From Thermoplasmata archaeon (GTDB taxonomy: Archaea; Thermoplasmatota; Thermoplasmata; Halarchaeoplasmatales; Halarchaeoplasmataceae), in contig JAFDTZ010000001.1 in assembly GCA_019594305.1 (NCBI GenBank), forward strand, positions 1-45,617: a DNA stretch of 45,617 nucleotides, written 5' to 3'. Position numbers and translations under genes: made by a program. Every line of letters begins with the position of its first letter. Position 1 is the stretch's first letter. A model generated the notes under the pieces. The model did not search any database. It was not told the DNA's origin and saw only the letters and a program-made list of their open reading frames with translations. This document shows positions 9,901 through 17,975 of this stretch, in pieces.

Positions 9901-10248
9901 GACATGGAGGAGATGATGTCTTCGTTGGAGTGCGCATTAAATGCTTTGGATATCTCCAAAAAGGCGAAATTAAAATTGGAGGAGGCAAAGACCCGCCGCG
10001 TCCACGGAAGGATATTACGGGGTAAAGGTAAGATGAAGGAGGCACAGGATGAGTTCTGGAAGTGCAGGGAGTTACTATCCGAAACCTATGATAACGAGGA
10101 ACTGCCAAAAGTATTCTACGAATTAGCGATACTGATGGCGGAATGCGGCGAGATGGATACCGCCGATAAGTACGTAAAGGACGCTCGGAAAGGATTTGAA
10201 GAATCAGGTATGCATCTATGGGTGGAAAGGGTAAAAAAATTCAAGTAA
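6931..10248 (+). CDS. wHTH - STAND (AAA_16-like) P-loop NTPase - TPR protein, putative signal-responsive transcriptional regulator
   Basis: N-terminal HTH-like SQPGIADSLGLARSHVSKEM...YILTPLG, Walker A GETGIGKT, Walker B VVIFLDD, GNPLF motif, long TPR array. ATG 6931 follows GGTGG (the track starts at 6850). Confidence 0.88.
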   Translation: MRLPTVRDRIFIHLLSYTRFARGKEVPYEVSQPGIADSLGLARSHVSKEMIRLKKSSSDLVEERTRHVRGSKRRRKVYILTPLGQKKANSIIEGLMKEIITINDENGKRNVTLRELEELLNVKDPITAALRDIDEEGVLDLCKKRDIEEIFIGRERELKLFKELLIDVKKGSARTVIIKGETGIGKTRLVYELKPIALESGFLFIEGVCKVETADPYLPFKEALSGLNDMDHDEKFTKFLTYDSNSEPETRSSLDALREAVFYDSTRMIMKLSEKKPVVIFLDDLHWADKATLDLFRYMAETFENDRVLLLATYRPEEVNLDHPLVETLSRMCRKNVHMEVDLEPLDKMSTKKLIDVLTGFNTPDNFVGFMNEKTRGNPLFIKQLLKEMQDEGKVSAEKGYYATEDMNITVPEVVERIVHRKLSHLDRAGRQVLEFGCVLGKEFSFDILDSVSELPEMRLLDQIDILVDQAIWCEDAERDRFHFTHELVRDGVYNNIKSVRRKKLHGVVARKMAERYSGTKDRLSDIANHYMEAGLRENALEYYVKAGEHAKSLYAHENAVQLFEKGLTLAYEDDRKSCLLLESMGDTHTILGNYEEGRRRLEEALGKLDADNTEEIGLRTRIPRKIAHTWLMQGSYERSIEYINIGISLGAEHTKEWCILLNVKGWTYMKTGDYHKAAEIFKDELRVAEDLGDEKEISRAHHNLGTIALQSGDFDDATRHLEIAAEGFDSLGEKVKLSKTLNNLGVMYLRKHNIEKALEYNEKSLLNMEEVGDIQGIGMNLNNMGIIYSMMEDYEKALDCHDRSMDIKRRIGDSQGMVESHTNIGVIHEKMGDLERALEEYKKGLSISRKIGDARGTAELQNDIGWIYNLKGKVTDSAEMLRSSLKLREDIGDIHGLAESHRNLGIVLLKKGNMEEALEHLEKGFELASDMDDEYEMALISKCTGDVYHQQERFAEALDNYERSLELSQSVDNKGLIADTYRGMAEVFLDMEEMMSSLECALNALDISKKAKLKLEEAKTRRVHGRILRGKGKMKEAQDEFWKCRELLSETYDNEELPKVFYELAILMAECGEMDTADKYVKDARKGFEESGMHLWVERVKKFK

Positions 10249-10337
10249 AATAGAGAGTCGTGGGGATAACGTATTTATATGACGTGTTGATTAGCACCCT
10301 CCAACTATAACTCCAGCATTCAATGGAGGTAAACAAT

Positions 10338-10811
10338 TTGGCAGAAGAAGAATATCCAGACGATTTCAATTATATAGTCCGTTTGATGAATACCGACCTA
10401 AAGGGTGAAAAGCCCACCCTGTATGCACTCAGGGATATAAAGGGTGTCGGTACCAGGGTAGCTGAAAGTCTTGTGAAACACTCAGGCGTATCAGGTACAA
10501 AAAAGATCGGTCTCTTAAGTAACGAAGAGATAGAAAAACTCAAAAAATGTATTACTGAATTCACTGAACAGGTTCCTACATGGTTTGTCAATAGAAAAAG
10601 AGATCCTTATTCCGGCGAAGATAAGCACCTATTCGGTCCGGATATAGATATGGCATTTCGTGACGATATCAACCGTTTGAAAAAAATCAGTTGTTACAGA
10701 GGAATACGTCATGATACAGGTCAAAAGGTGAGAGGACAAAGGACTAGATCGAATGGTCGATCAGGCCTTACAGTGGGTGTGCAAAGGAGAAAGATGATAC
10801 AGAAGAAATAA
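10338..10811 (+). CDS. rps13: 30S ribosomal protein S13 (uS13)
   Basis: IKGVG, YRGIRH..GQKVRGQRTRSNGR motifs. TTG start after GGAGG (alternative ATG 10323). Confidence 0.97.
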   Translation: MAEEEYPDDFNYIVRLMNTDLKGEKPTLYALRDIKGVGTRVAESLVKHSGVSGTKKIGLLSNEEIEKLKKCITEFTEQVPTWFVNRKRDPYSGEDKHLFGPDIDMAFRDDINRLKKISCYRGIRHDTGQKVRGQRTRSNGRSGLTVGVQRRKMIQKK

Positions 10812-10828
10812 TCAAGGAGTGAAATTAC

Positions 10829-11437
10829 ATGGGCGATCCTAAATTTAGCAGAAAAAAATACCAAAATCCGCCACACCCCTGGCAATCCGAGCGTATCCAG
10901 ATGGAGAACGATTACGTACGTTATTACGGGCTCAAGAACAAAAAAGAGTTTTGGAAAGCTCGATCTATTCTTAAGAACATTCGTTCTCAGGCGAGGAATC
11001 TTCAAGCAAGATTAAGATATGGTGATAGCCAGGCCAAGAAGGAGGTGGACGATCTGATAGATAAATTGACCGGGAACGGATATCTGGTTGGTGAAGAACT
11101 TACACTTAACGATGTACTGAACCTGACCGTAGAGAATGTACTTAACAGAAGGCTTCAGACGGTAGTCTACCATAAGGGTTTGGCGAATACACCACGGCAA
11201 GCGAGACAATTGATAACCCATGGACACATACATGTAGACGGGAGACGGATCACCATTCCCGGATATGTGATAAATCGTGCCGAAGAATCCGATATATCCT
11301 ATCATCCTCTTTCTCCCCTCAGCGACGAACTTCATCCTGTACGTCCGGATGAGGAGAAGACACATACCTTCATTCCAGAACAGATGAGGAAAGACAAGGA
11401 GAAGGAATCCTTCAGGAACAGGAGGAGGAGGAGATAA
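10829..11437 (+). CDS. rps4: 30S ribosomal protein S4 (uS4)
   Basis: [34 protein letters not shown] motifs; operon position. Confidence 0.97.
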   Translation: MGDPKFSRKKYQNPPHPWQSERIQMENDYVRYYGLKNKKEFWKARSILKNIRSQARNLQARLRYGDSQAKKEVDDLIDKLTGNGYLVGEELTLNDVLNLTVENVLNRRLQTVVYHKGLANTPRQARQLITHGHIHVDGRRITIPGYVINRAEESDISYHPLSPLSDELHPVRPDEEKTHTFIPEQMRKDKEKESFRNRRRRR

Positions 11438-11439
11438 TT

Positions 11440-11823
11440 ATGGCAAAATGGGGTATAGCACACGTTTATGCATCTTACAACAACGTACTGATAACTATCA
11501 CAGATATAACCGGATCCGAGACCATTGCAAAGGCAACAGGCGGAATGGTTGTTCGACAGGACAAGGACCAGGCATCGCCCTATGCGGCGATGGAAGCCGC
11601 TAAGAAGGCCATCGACGAGGCTAAGGAAAAGGGCATTACCAATATTCATGTCAAGGTAAGGGCACCGGGCGGCAGCAAATCTCACTCTCCGGGCCCGGGC
11701 TCACAGGCGGCTATCAGGGCATTTGCAAGGGCCGGTATCAGGATAGGAACCATAGAGGACGTTACTCCCGTACCTCATGATACCACACGTCCAAAGGGCG
11801 GCCGTAGAGGGCGGCGTGTATAA
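11440..11823 (+). CDS. rps11: 30S ribosomal protein S11 (uS11)
   Basis: [35 protein letters not shown] motifs. Confidence 0.98.
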   Translation: MAKWGIAHVYASYNNVLITITDITGSETIAKATGGMVVRQDKDQASPYAAMEAAKKAIDEAKEKGITNIHVKVRAPGGSKSHSPGPGSQAAIRAFARAGIRIGTIEDVTPVPHDTTRPKGGRRGRRV

Positions 11824-11844
11824 TCATATTTAACGGTGTTTGTA

Positions 11845-12687
11845 ATGAAGGTGAAAATTCGGGAACTACAGGAAAGGAAAGCGAAGATAGTTATTTCAGA
11901 TGCCAACCCCACGTTGGCCAATGCTTTAAGGAGAGTTCTTATAGCTGATGTTCCCAAACTAGCGATAGAAGACGTTGAATTCCATCTGGGATCTATTGCG
12001 GGTAGAGAAGGTGATGAAGGTGAATATGAAAGCACCACGCCGTTGTTCGATGAGATCATAGCCCATAGACTGGGGCTTATACCTATTCCAACTGACCTTA
12101 ACTTGTACAACTACAGAGAACAATGTGAAACATGCGATGGCGAAGGGTGCCCGAATTGTACCGTTATATACAGCCTCAACAAGAAGGGCCCATGTACGGT
12201 TTACTCCGGGGACCTTATACCTGTAGGCGACACCGACCTATCAGTGGCTGATAAGTACATTCCCATCGTCAAACTGACGGAAAACCAAGCTTTGCTTATA
12301 TACGCTATAGCCGAGCTTGGAACTGCAAACGAACATGCAAAATGGCAGCCAACTAGTGGTGTGGGATACAAGTATTATCCCAGTATAGAGATAGACGAGG
12401 ACAAATGTGACAATTGTGGAGAATGTGTATCCAAATGTCCTATCGATATACTCGAGGAAAAAGACGGTAAGATAATCGTAACCGATTTAGAAAGATGCAA
12501 ACTATGCCATGTCTGCGATGAAGAGTGTCCGAGGGGAGCCATTGACGTTTTGGGATTGGAAAACAAGTTCATACTCAGGTACGAAACCGATGGTTCGTTA
12601 TCCGCCGAAGAAGTATTGAAACAATCTTTGATTGCACTCGTGGATAAATTTGAGAATGTTATAGAGATGGTTGAATCCATCGAATGA
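11845..12687 (+). CDS. rpoD: DNA-directed RNA polymerase subunit D (Rpo3) with 2x[4Fe-4S] ferredoxin-like domain
   Basis: ANALRRVLIADVP, DEIIAHRLGLIP, HAKWQP, ETDGSL motifs; two CxxCxxCxxxCP motifs. Confidence 0.96.
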   Translation: MKVKIRELQERKAKIVISDANPTLANALRRVLIADVPKLAIEDVEFHLGSIAGREGDEGEYESTTPLFDEIIAHRLGLIPIPTDLNLYNYREQCETCDGEGCPNCTVIYSLNKKGPCTVYSGDLIPVGDTDLSVADKYIPIVKLTENQALLIYAIAELGTANEHAKWQPTSGVGYKYYPSIEIDEDKCDNCGECVSKCPIDILEEKDGKIIVTDLERCKLCHVCDEECPRGAIDVLGLENKFILRYETDGSLSAEEVLKQSLIALVDKFENVIEMVESIE

Positions 12688-12815
12688 TGATCATTGTACG
12701 GTGCTACCAAAAAACTATTTGCTCCCACAGTTATTCATCTATTCTCATTGCGAGTCAGCAGGAATCGGAGATTCCTACAACACGCTTAACTCGTTCAAAC
12801 CTTTTCACTCCTCAA

Positions 12816-12900
12816 GCGAGGGTAGCCAAGCATGGCCAACGGCGCAGCGTTGAGGGCGCTGTCTCATAGGGGTCCGAGGGTTCAAATCCCTTCCCTCGCA
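12816..12900 (+). tRNA. tRNA-Leu (anticodon GAG)
   Basis: Acceptor stem GCGAGGG/CCCTCGC, anticodon arm CAGCG-TTGAGGG-CGCTG, long variable arm, GGTTCAAATCC T-arm, discriminator A. Confidence 0.95.
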
Positions 12901-13020
12901 TTTTTTTATTTCAGGCGTAGCGTGAAATGAAAAAGTGAACAGAATCTCTGATTCTGTGGCATTCAATTATCTTAACGAGTGAAGCGAGAGAAGTTTGTAA
13001 AAGGGGGACATCAGTCCCCA
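12901..13020 (+). repeat. tRNA-3'-attached hairpin element (copy at tRNA-Leu)
   Basis: First 58 nt match the reverse complement of 18891-18948 at 45/58 without gaps. Hairpins CAGAATC-TCT-GATTCTG and GGGGAC-ATCA-GTCCCC. Confidence 0.7.
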
Positions 13021-13102
13021 CATTCTTTTACCGATGTAACCAAGTATCCATAGCGCACACCATACCCAAAATTATATCTGTGGTTGTAAAGTTTGTACAA
13101 CC

Positions 13103-13834
13103 ATGTTGCGGATAAGATTCAAGGACGAAACCGGCGGCATACATCTCGGGGAATTCGCAGACGGTAAGATACTTCTGGAAGAGCGTGAACTCTCCATCAA
13201 CGAAGTTGAAATACTACCACCTACTCAGCCAAGCAAGATAGTTTGTGTCGGGTTGAACTATGCGGATCACGCTGCTGAAACGGGTAGGGAACCTCCTTCG
13301 AGACCATCACTGTTCCTCAAGGCACCTAATTCACTAGCCGGCCACGGAGAGACCATCACACTGTTACCCGGTGTAGAGCGAATAGATCATGAAGCTGAAC
13401 TGGGTGTGATAATCGGTAAACGATGCAGGATGGTTTCACTCGATAAAGCCATGGATGTGGTGGCCGGATATACATGCGTCAATGACCTCTCCAACCGGGA
13501 CGATCAGAGAAAAGAGCAGAACTGGGTAAGAGGGAAGGCCTTCGACAAGTCCGCTCCCATGGGGTCGGTGATAGCCTTGCCGGAAAAGGTTCCCGAAGAC
13601 GCCAGGATAACACTCAGGTCCAATGGTAGAACAATGCAGGATTCTTCAATAGACAATATGATATTCAGTGTTCCCGAATTGATAGTCGAAATAACCAAGT
13701 ACATGACCCTGGAACCGGGTGATGTGATCTCCACGGGCACCCCGGCAGGTGTGGGACCTATACACCATCAAGACGTAGTGGAAGTGGAGATCCAAGGGAT
13801 CGGTACGCTGACTAACAAATTCATAAAAAAATAA
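13103..13834 (+). CDS. Fumarylacetoacetate hydrolase family protein
   Basis: KIVCVGLNYADH, FLKAP, DHEAEL, NDLS.RD, GKAFD, TLEPGDVISTGTPAGVG motifs. Confidence 0.95.
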   Translation: MLRIRFKDETGGIHLGEFADGKILLEERELSINEVEILPPTQPSKIVCVGLNYADHAAETGREPPSRPSLFLKAPNSLAGHGETITLLPGVERIDHEAELGVIIGKRCRMVSLDKAMDVVAGYTCVNDLSNRDDQRKEQNWVRGKAFDKSAPMGSVIALPEKVPEDARITLRSNGRTMQDSSIDNMIFSVPELIVEITKYMTLEPGDVISTGTPAGVGPIHHQDVVEVEIQGIGTLTNKFIKK

Positions 13835-13865
13835 AAAAGAAGTAAAAGGGAAGGGGGTTTTTTTT
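13824..13865. terminator. Probable bidirectional oligo-T terminator between convergent FAH and acs genes
   Basis: A-rich tract (T-rich on the minus strand) followed by a T8 tract on the plus strand between two stop codons. Confidence 0.5.
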
Positions 13866-15818
13866 CTATTTACTGACCTGTTCCTTCAGCTTTTCGACGA
13901 TTTCCGGATTTCTCAGGGTAGATGTATCGCCGGCTTCCTCACCAGCTTCCAGCTTTTTGAGGATTCTCCGCATAATCTTACCGGATCTCGTCTTGGGTAG
14001 GTCCTCCGTAAAGTGAACGGTAGATGGCTTCCCTATAGGACCTATGATCTTACCGACGTGAGCTCTGAGTTCCTGACCCAATTCGTCGGAACCGGTTCTA
14101 TTGCCTTCCAGTATGACGTATGCCACAGGCACATGTCCCTTCAAATCATCGGGACTACCGACCACTGCGGCTTCTGCAACCGCGGGATGGTCGACCAGGG
14201 CACTCTCCATCTCCATGGTGCTTAACCTATGTCCGGCTACGTTCAAAACATCGTCGATCCTACCGACCACCCAGAAATAACCATCTTCATCTACTCTAGC
14301 TCCGTCACCGGCAAAATACGTATCTATACCGTACTCGCTCCAGTAGGTTTTCTTGAACCTTTCAGGATCCTTATAAAGTGTCCTTAGCATTGAGGGCCAA
14401 GGTCTTTTCAGTACAAGATATCCTCCTTGATTCGGAGATAAACTGTTGCCGCCTGCGTCGTAAATATCCGCTTTTATACCTGGGAAAGGTTTCGTAGCGC
14501 TTCCCGGCTTTAGATCGGTAATTCCGGGCAATGGTGTGATCAGTATCATACCTGTTTCGGTCTGCCACCATGTATCGACGATGGGGCAGTTACCGCCGCC
14601 TATGACTTCATGATACCACTCCCATGCCTTGGGGTTGATGGGTTCGCCGACACTTCCCAGAAGTTTAAGGGTTGAAAGATCGCACCTGTCCGGATACTCT
14701 CGACCCCACTTCATGAACAACCTGATAGCCGTGGGTGCTGTGTAAAGCTTCGTCACCTTGTATTTTTCAACTATCTTCCAGAATCTGTCCTTATCGGGAT
14801 AATCCGGTGATCCCTCATACATTATTGTAGTGGTAGCGTTGGCGAGAGGACCATAAACGATGTAGCTGTGTCCTGTTATCCAACCGATATCCGCCGTGCA
14901 CCAGTACATATCATCATCTTTTATATCAAAAACCCACTTATGGGTAGTCATAGTGCCTGTTAGGTATCCACCAGTAGTGTGAAGGACACCTTTTGGCTTA
15001 CCTGTTGTACCACTAGTGTACATAAGGAATAACATATCTTCGGCATCCATCTGTTCGGGTTCGCATTCTAGAGGTTGATCCTCTGTCAGTTCATGGTAAT
15101 ACACATCTCTGTCCTCGGACAGTGTGATATCATCTCTACCCAATCTATCAACTACGATTACCTTCTTTACAGTAGGAGTACTTTCGAGGGATTCCAAAGC
15201 ATTCTCCCACATGTTTAACTTCTTACCTCGGCGGTAATATCCGTCGGCGGTTACCAGTACCTTGGATTCTGAATCGTGTACCCTATCGGCAAGTGCGGTA
15301 GGTGAAAATCCTCCGAAGACCACACTGTGCGGGGCACCTATCCTTGCACAAGCTAAAAGACCGATAGCCAATTCGGGGATCATCGGTAGATAAAAGGTTA
15401 CCACGTCTCCTTTTTCAACTCCCAGTTCCTTAAGTCCGTTGGCAAATTTACAAACTTCATCTTTTAGTTCGGAAAAAGTGTACTGTTTCGATTCATCCGT
15501 CGGTTCTCCTTCCCAGATAAGGGCTACCTTGTCACCTTTACCGTTCTCAACATGCCTGTCAACACAATTGTATGATGCATTTATCTTACCGTTGACAAAC
15601 CATTTGGCAAAAGGCGCGTCCCATTCCAGAACCTTGTCCCACTTCTTGTACCAATCGAGATTCTCTGCTTGTTCCGCCCAGAATTCTTCGTAATTTTCTT
15701 CTGCATACTTGTATATGGCGGGGTCCTTAATGTTCGCCTTTTTCTTGAACTCTTCGGACGGGGGATATATCTTAGTTTCCTCCATTCTTGCTTCTATGTG
15801 ACTTTCTTTCTTTGTCAT
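13866..15818 (-). CDS. acs: Acetyl-CoA synthetase (AMP-forming)
   Basis: YTSGTTGKPKG, DTWWQTETG, PKTRSGKIMRR motifs; ATG after GGTG. Confidence 0.96.
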   Translation of the reverse strand: MTKKESHIEARMEETKIYPPSEEFKKKANIKDPAIYKYAEENYEEFWAEQAENLDWYKKWDKVLEWDAPFAKWFVNGKINASYNCVDRHVENGKGDKVALIWEGEPTDESKQYTFSELKDEVCKFANGLKELGVEKGDVVTFYLPMIPELAIGLLACARIGAPHSVVFGGFSPTALADRVHDSESKVLVTADGYYRRGKKLNMWENALESLESTPTVKKVIVVDRLGRDDITLSEDRDVYYHELTEDQPLECEPEQMDAEDMLFLMYTSGTTGKPKGVLHTTGGYLTGTMTTHKWVFDIKDDDMYWCTADIGWITGHSYIVYGPLANATTTIMYEGSPDYPDKDRFWKIVEKYKVTKLYTAPTAIRLFMKWGREYPDRCDLSTLKLLGSVGEPINPKAWEWYHEVIGGGNCPIVDTWWQTETGMILITPLPGITDLKPGSATKPFPGIKADIYDAGGNSLSPNQGGYLVLKRPWPSMLRTLYKDPERFKKTYWSEYGIDTYFAGDGARVDEDGYFWVVGRIDDVLNVAGHRLSTMEMESALVDHPAVAEAAVVGSPDDLKGHVPVAYVILEGNRTGSDELGQELRAHVGKIIGPIGKPSTVHFTEDLPKTRSGKIMRRILKKLEAGEEAGDTSTLRNPEIVEKLKEQVSK

Positions 15819-15912
15819 TTTTAACACCTGCATTTTTTCGTAAACGTTAACGGCATATTGGAACTACTATTTAGGTATTTTCGGAGAATATTGTAAATAA
15901 ATCAAAAATGAA

Positions 15913-16015
15913 TAGCGGGGAGTGGATTTGAACCACTGGTCTCCGGGTACCTCAAACACGTATGTTTTATGTATTTTATGAGCCCGACGGGATTTCCTGG
16001 CTACCCTACCCCGCT
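15913..16015 (-). tRNA. Initiator tRNA-Met (CAT) with 28-nt intron (15949-15976)
   Basis: A1-U72 acceptor AGCGGGG/CCCCGCT, GGG/CCC anticodon stem, CTCATA, intron at 37/38 forming a bulge-helix-bulge (CTCA/TGAG). Confidence 0.92.
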
Positions 16016-16145
16016 TTTGCGATTATAAGGTATACGGAATCCCTTAAAACCAGTCTTATATAAAAAATCTTTCCTATGATGTTCATAGGTGTGGGAAAGA
16101 TTGATATATTGAAAGATAACTTAGGTTAGAGATAAAGGGAAATTT

Positions 16146-17174
16146 ATGGAATCGAAGGACATTATCAAAAACAATACCCGTAAAGAGATGAACAATATAG
16201 CTGATAACCTTGGTATAGATAATCCTGAAAGTTTCAGCAATAAATCAGCCTTGGCCGAAGAACTGATACGGGTTTTGAATGATGACAGTACCTCCGACCA
16301 TATATCTAGCTATATTAACAACATAAAAACTACACTTAAGAAAGCAAGAGATTCTGAATTCGATATTCATGCTTTTAAAGAAAATTTTAAAGAACTGATT
16401 AATTCGAAAAAGGAAGGCGACACGTTAAAGGTTCTCGGGATGATCGAGGACGTAAACAAACAGGGTGAAGATATAATCGTACTTGATGAGGCCGTAAAAA
16501 GTACCAAAGACCTGATTGAAGAAATTGTTAATAAAGAAACCCGAAACGGATTCGAAGAAAGATTGAAAGAGAGACTAGAGGTTTGCTCTCAGGGTGAATA
16601 CGTCCAACCAAAGGTTGATTGTGAAAGTTTGAAAAAGGAGATTATTACGTTCATAGAGGAGCAAAACGACTATGAAAAAACGTTAATGGAAAACCTTGAG
16701 ATCGCCAAAGAACGGCTTTCTTTATTGCGAGAGACTAAAATGGAAATAGATCATGTAAAAGAACTCGTCCACCAAGCCTTTGATGCCCATAAAGCAGGTG
16801 ACCTTAAGAAAAGCTTCAAAAATATTGAGGAAGCACTTGAATGTTCCGAAGATATCCTGGCAATCTATGAAAAGATCGAGGAGGGTAAAAAACGTATTCA
16901 AGAAATCAAAGAGAGCGGTAAGGAGATAGATACATACTTGGAGGCTCTTAAACAGGGAAAGAAAAAAGCCAATGAAAAGGAGTATAATCATGCAATGCAG
17001 ATATTGGACGACGCTCTAATAGAGATGGTGAGAGATCAGGAAGAGGTCTTGAAACGCGAAGAGAATAAAATAGATCAAACAACACTTAAGATCAATAATA
17101 TTTACAAGAAAATTGTCGCTATCGAAAAGGCACTACAAAACGTTAGAAGAGACCTGGATGATATTAATAAATAA
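16146..17174 (+). CDS. Hypothetical coiled-coil protein with short N-terminal helix-extension-helix (Rho-N/HeH-like) segment
   Basis: 342-aa ORF, E/K-rich heptads; N-terminal TRKEMNNIADNLGI...NKSALAEEL. Confidence 0.7.
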   Translation: MESKDIIKNNTRKEMNNIADNLGIDNPESFSNKSALAEELIRVLNDDSTSDHISSYINNIKTTLKKARDSEFDIHAFKENFKELINSKKEGDTLKVLGMIEDVNKQGEDIIVLDEAVKSTKDLIEEIVNKETRNGFEERLKERLEVCSQGEYVQPKVDCESLKKEIITFIEEQNDYEKTLMENLEIAKERLSLLRETKMEIDHVKELVHQAFDAHKAGDLKKSFKNIEEALECSEDILAIYEKIEEGKKRIQEIKESGKEIDTYLEALKQGKKKANEKEYNHAMQILDDALIEMVRDQEEVLKREENKIDQTTLKINNIYKKIVAIEKALQNVRRDLDDINK

Positions 17175-17234
17175 ACGTCTTCGTCGGTCGATAACCTTTT
17201 TATTAACCTGCGTAATCGGTATAGGTGTGTTAAG

Positions 17235-17975
17235 ATGAATAAAAAAATATGCACTCTTGCAACGTGTGTGATGTTCATGATGAGTTTAATGCTATTGTCC
17301 GGAAACACAGCACAGACCAGTGGTAATAACCCTATCGCGGTTATAGAGACCAACAGAGGTACAATTAGGATAGAGCTATACGAGAAGGATGCACCTATCA
17401 CAGTTGAGAACTTCGTCAAATATGCAGAGGACGGGTTCTACGACGGTTTGATTTTCCACAGGGTTATTCAGAATTTCATGATACAAGGCGGCGGGTTCAG
17501 ACCTGGGATGGAATATGTAGAACCTACTTATGGTCCTATTCAAAACGAAGCTTCGATAAGCGGTCACCGAAACAATCGCGGAACTATAGCGATGGCCAGG
17601 ACCGACGATCCTCATTCTGCTACCAGCCAATTCTATATTAACCTGGTAAACAATAATAATCTGGATTTTGACGCGGGAGTGTACTGCGTATTCGGTAAAG
17701 TCATAGATGGTATGGATGTGATGGATTCTATCGCCACAGTTCAAACGACATCTGTAGGTGGATTCGACGATGTACCTGTCGAAGATATTGTGATACAGAG
17801 TGTTACTATCTCGGATTCAGTTCCTACCAACGGTGGAGATACCACTAAAGATGAAACGGAACCTTTCTACAAGAACATACTATTCCTTCAGATACTCGTT
17901 TCAGTCATAGTCGCAGCAGTGATCATATTATTCTTACGACATCGGGAAAATATGGAAGAGGAAGAGAAGGATTAG
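17235..17975 (+). CDS. Cyclophilin-type peptidyl-prolyl cis-trans isomerase, exported and membrane anchored
   Basis: FHRVIQNFMIQGGG, GTIAMART, SATSQFYIN motifs; signal peptide and C-terminal TM helix. Confidence 0.94.
   Translation: MNKKICTLATCVMFMMSLMLLSGNTAQTSGNNPIAVIETNRGTIRIELYEKDAPITVENFVKYAEDGFYDGLIFHRVIQNFMIQGGGFRPGMEYVEPTYGPIQNEASISGHRNNRGTIAMARTDDPHSATSQFYINLVNNNNLDFDAGVYCVFGKVIDGMDVMDSIATVQTTSVGGFDDVPVEDIVIQSVTISDSVPTNGGDTTKDETEPFYKNILFLQILVSVIVAAVIILFLRHRENMEEEEKD

Noticed and set aside
12385..12545. Ferredoxin-like domain in RpoD
   Set aside because: Already described for Rpo3 in several archaeal lineages.
12684..12869. 61-aa ORF and a C-box-like ATGATGA after rpoD
   Set aside because: The ORF runs into tRNA-Leu, and there is no CTGA D box at a suitable distance for a C/D sRNA.
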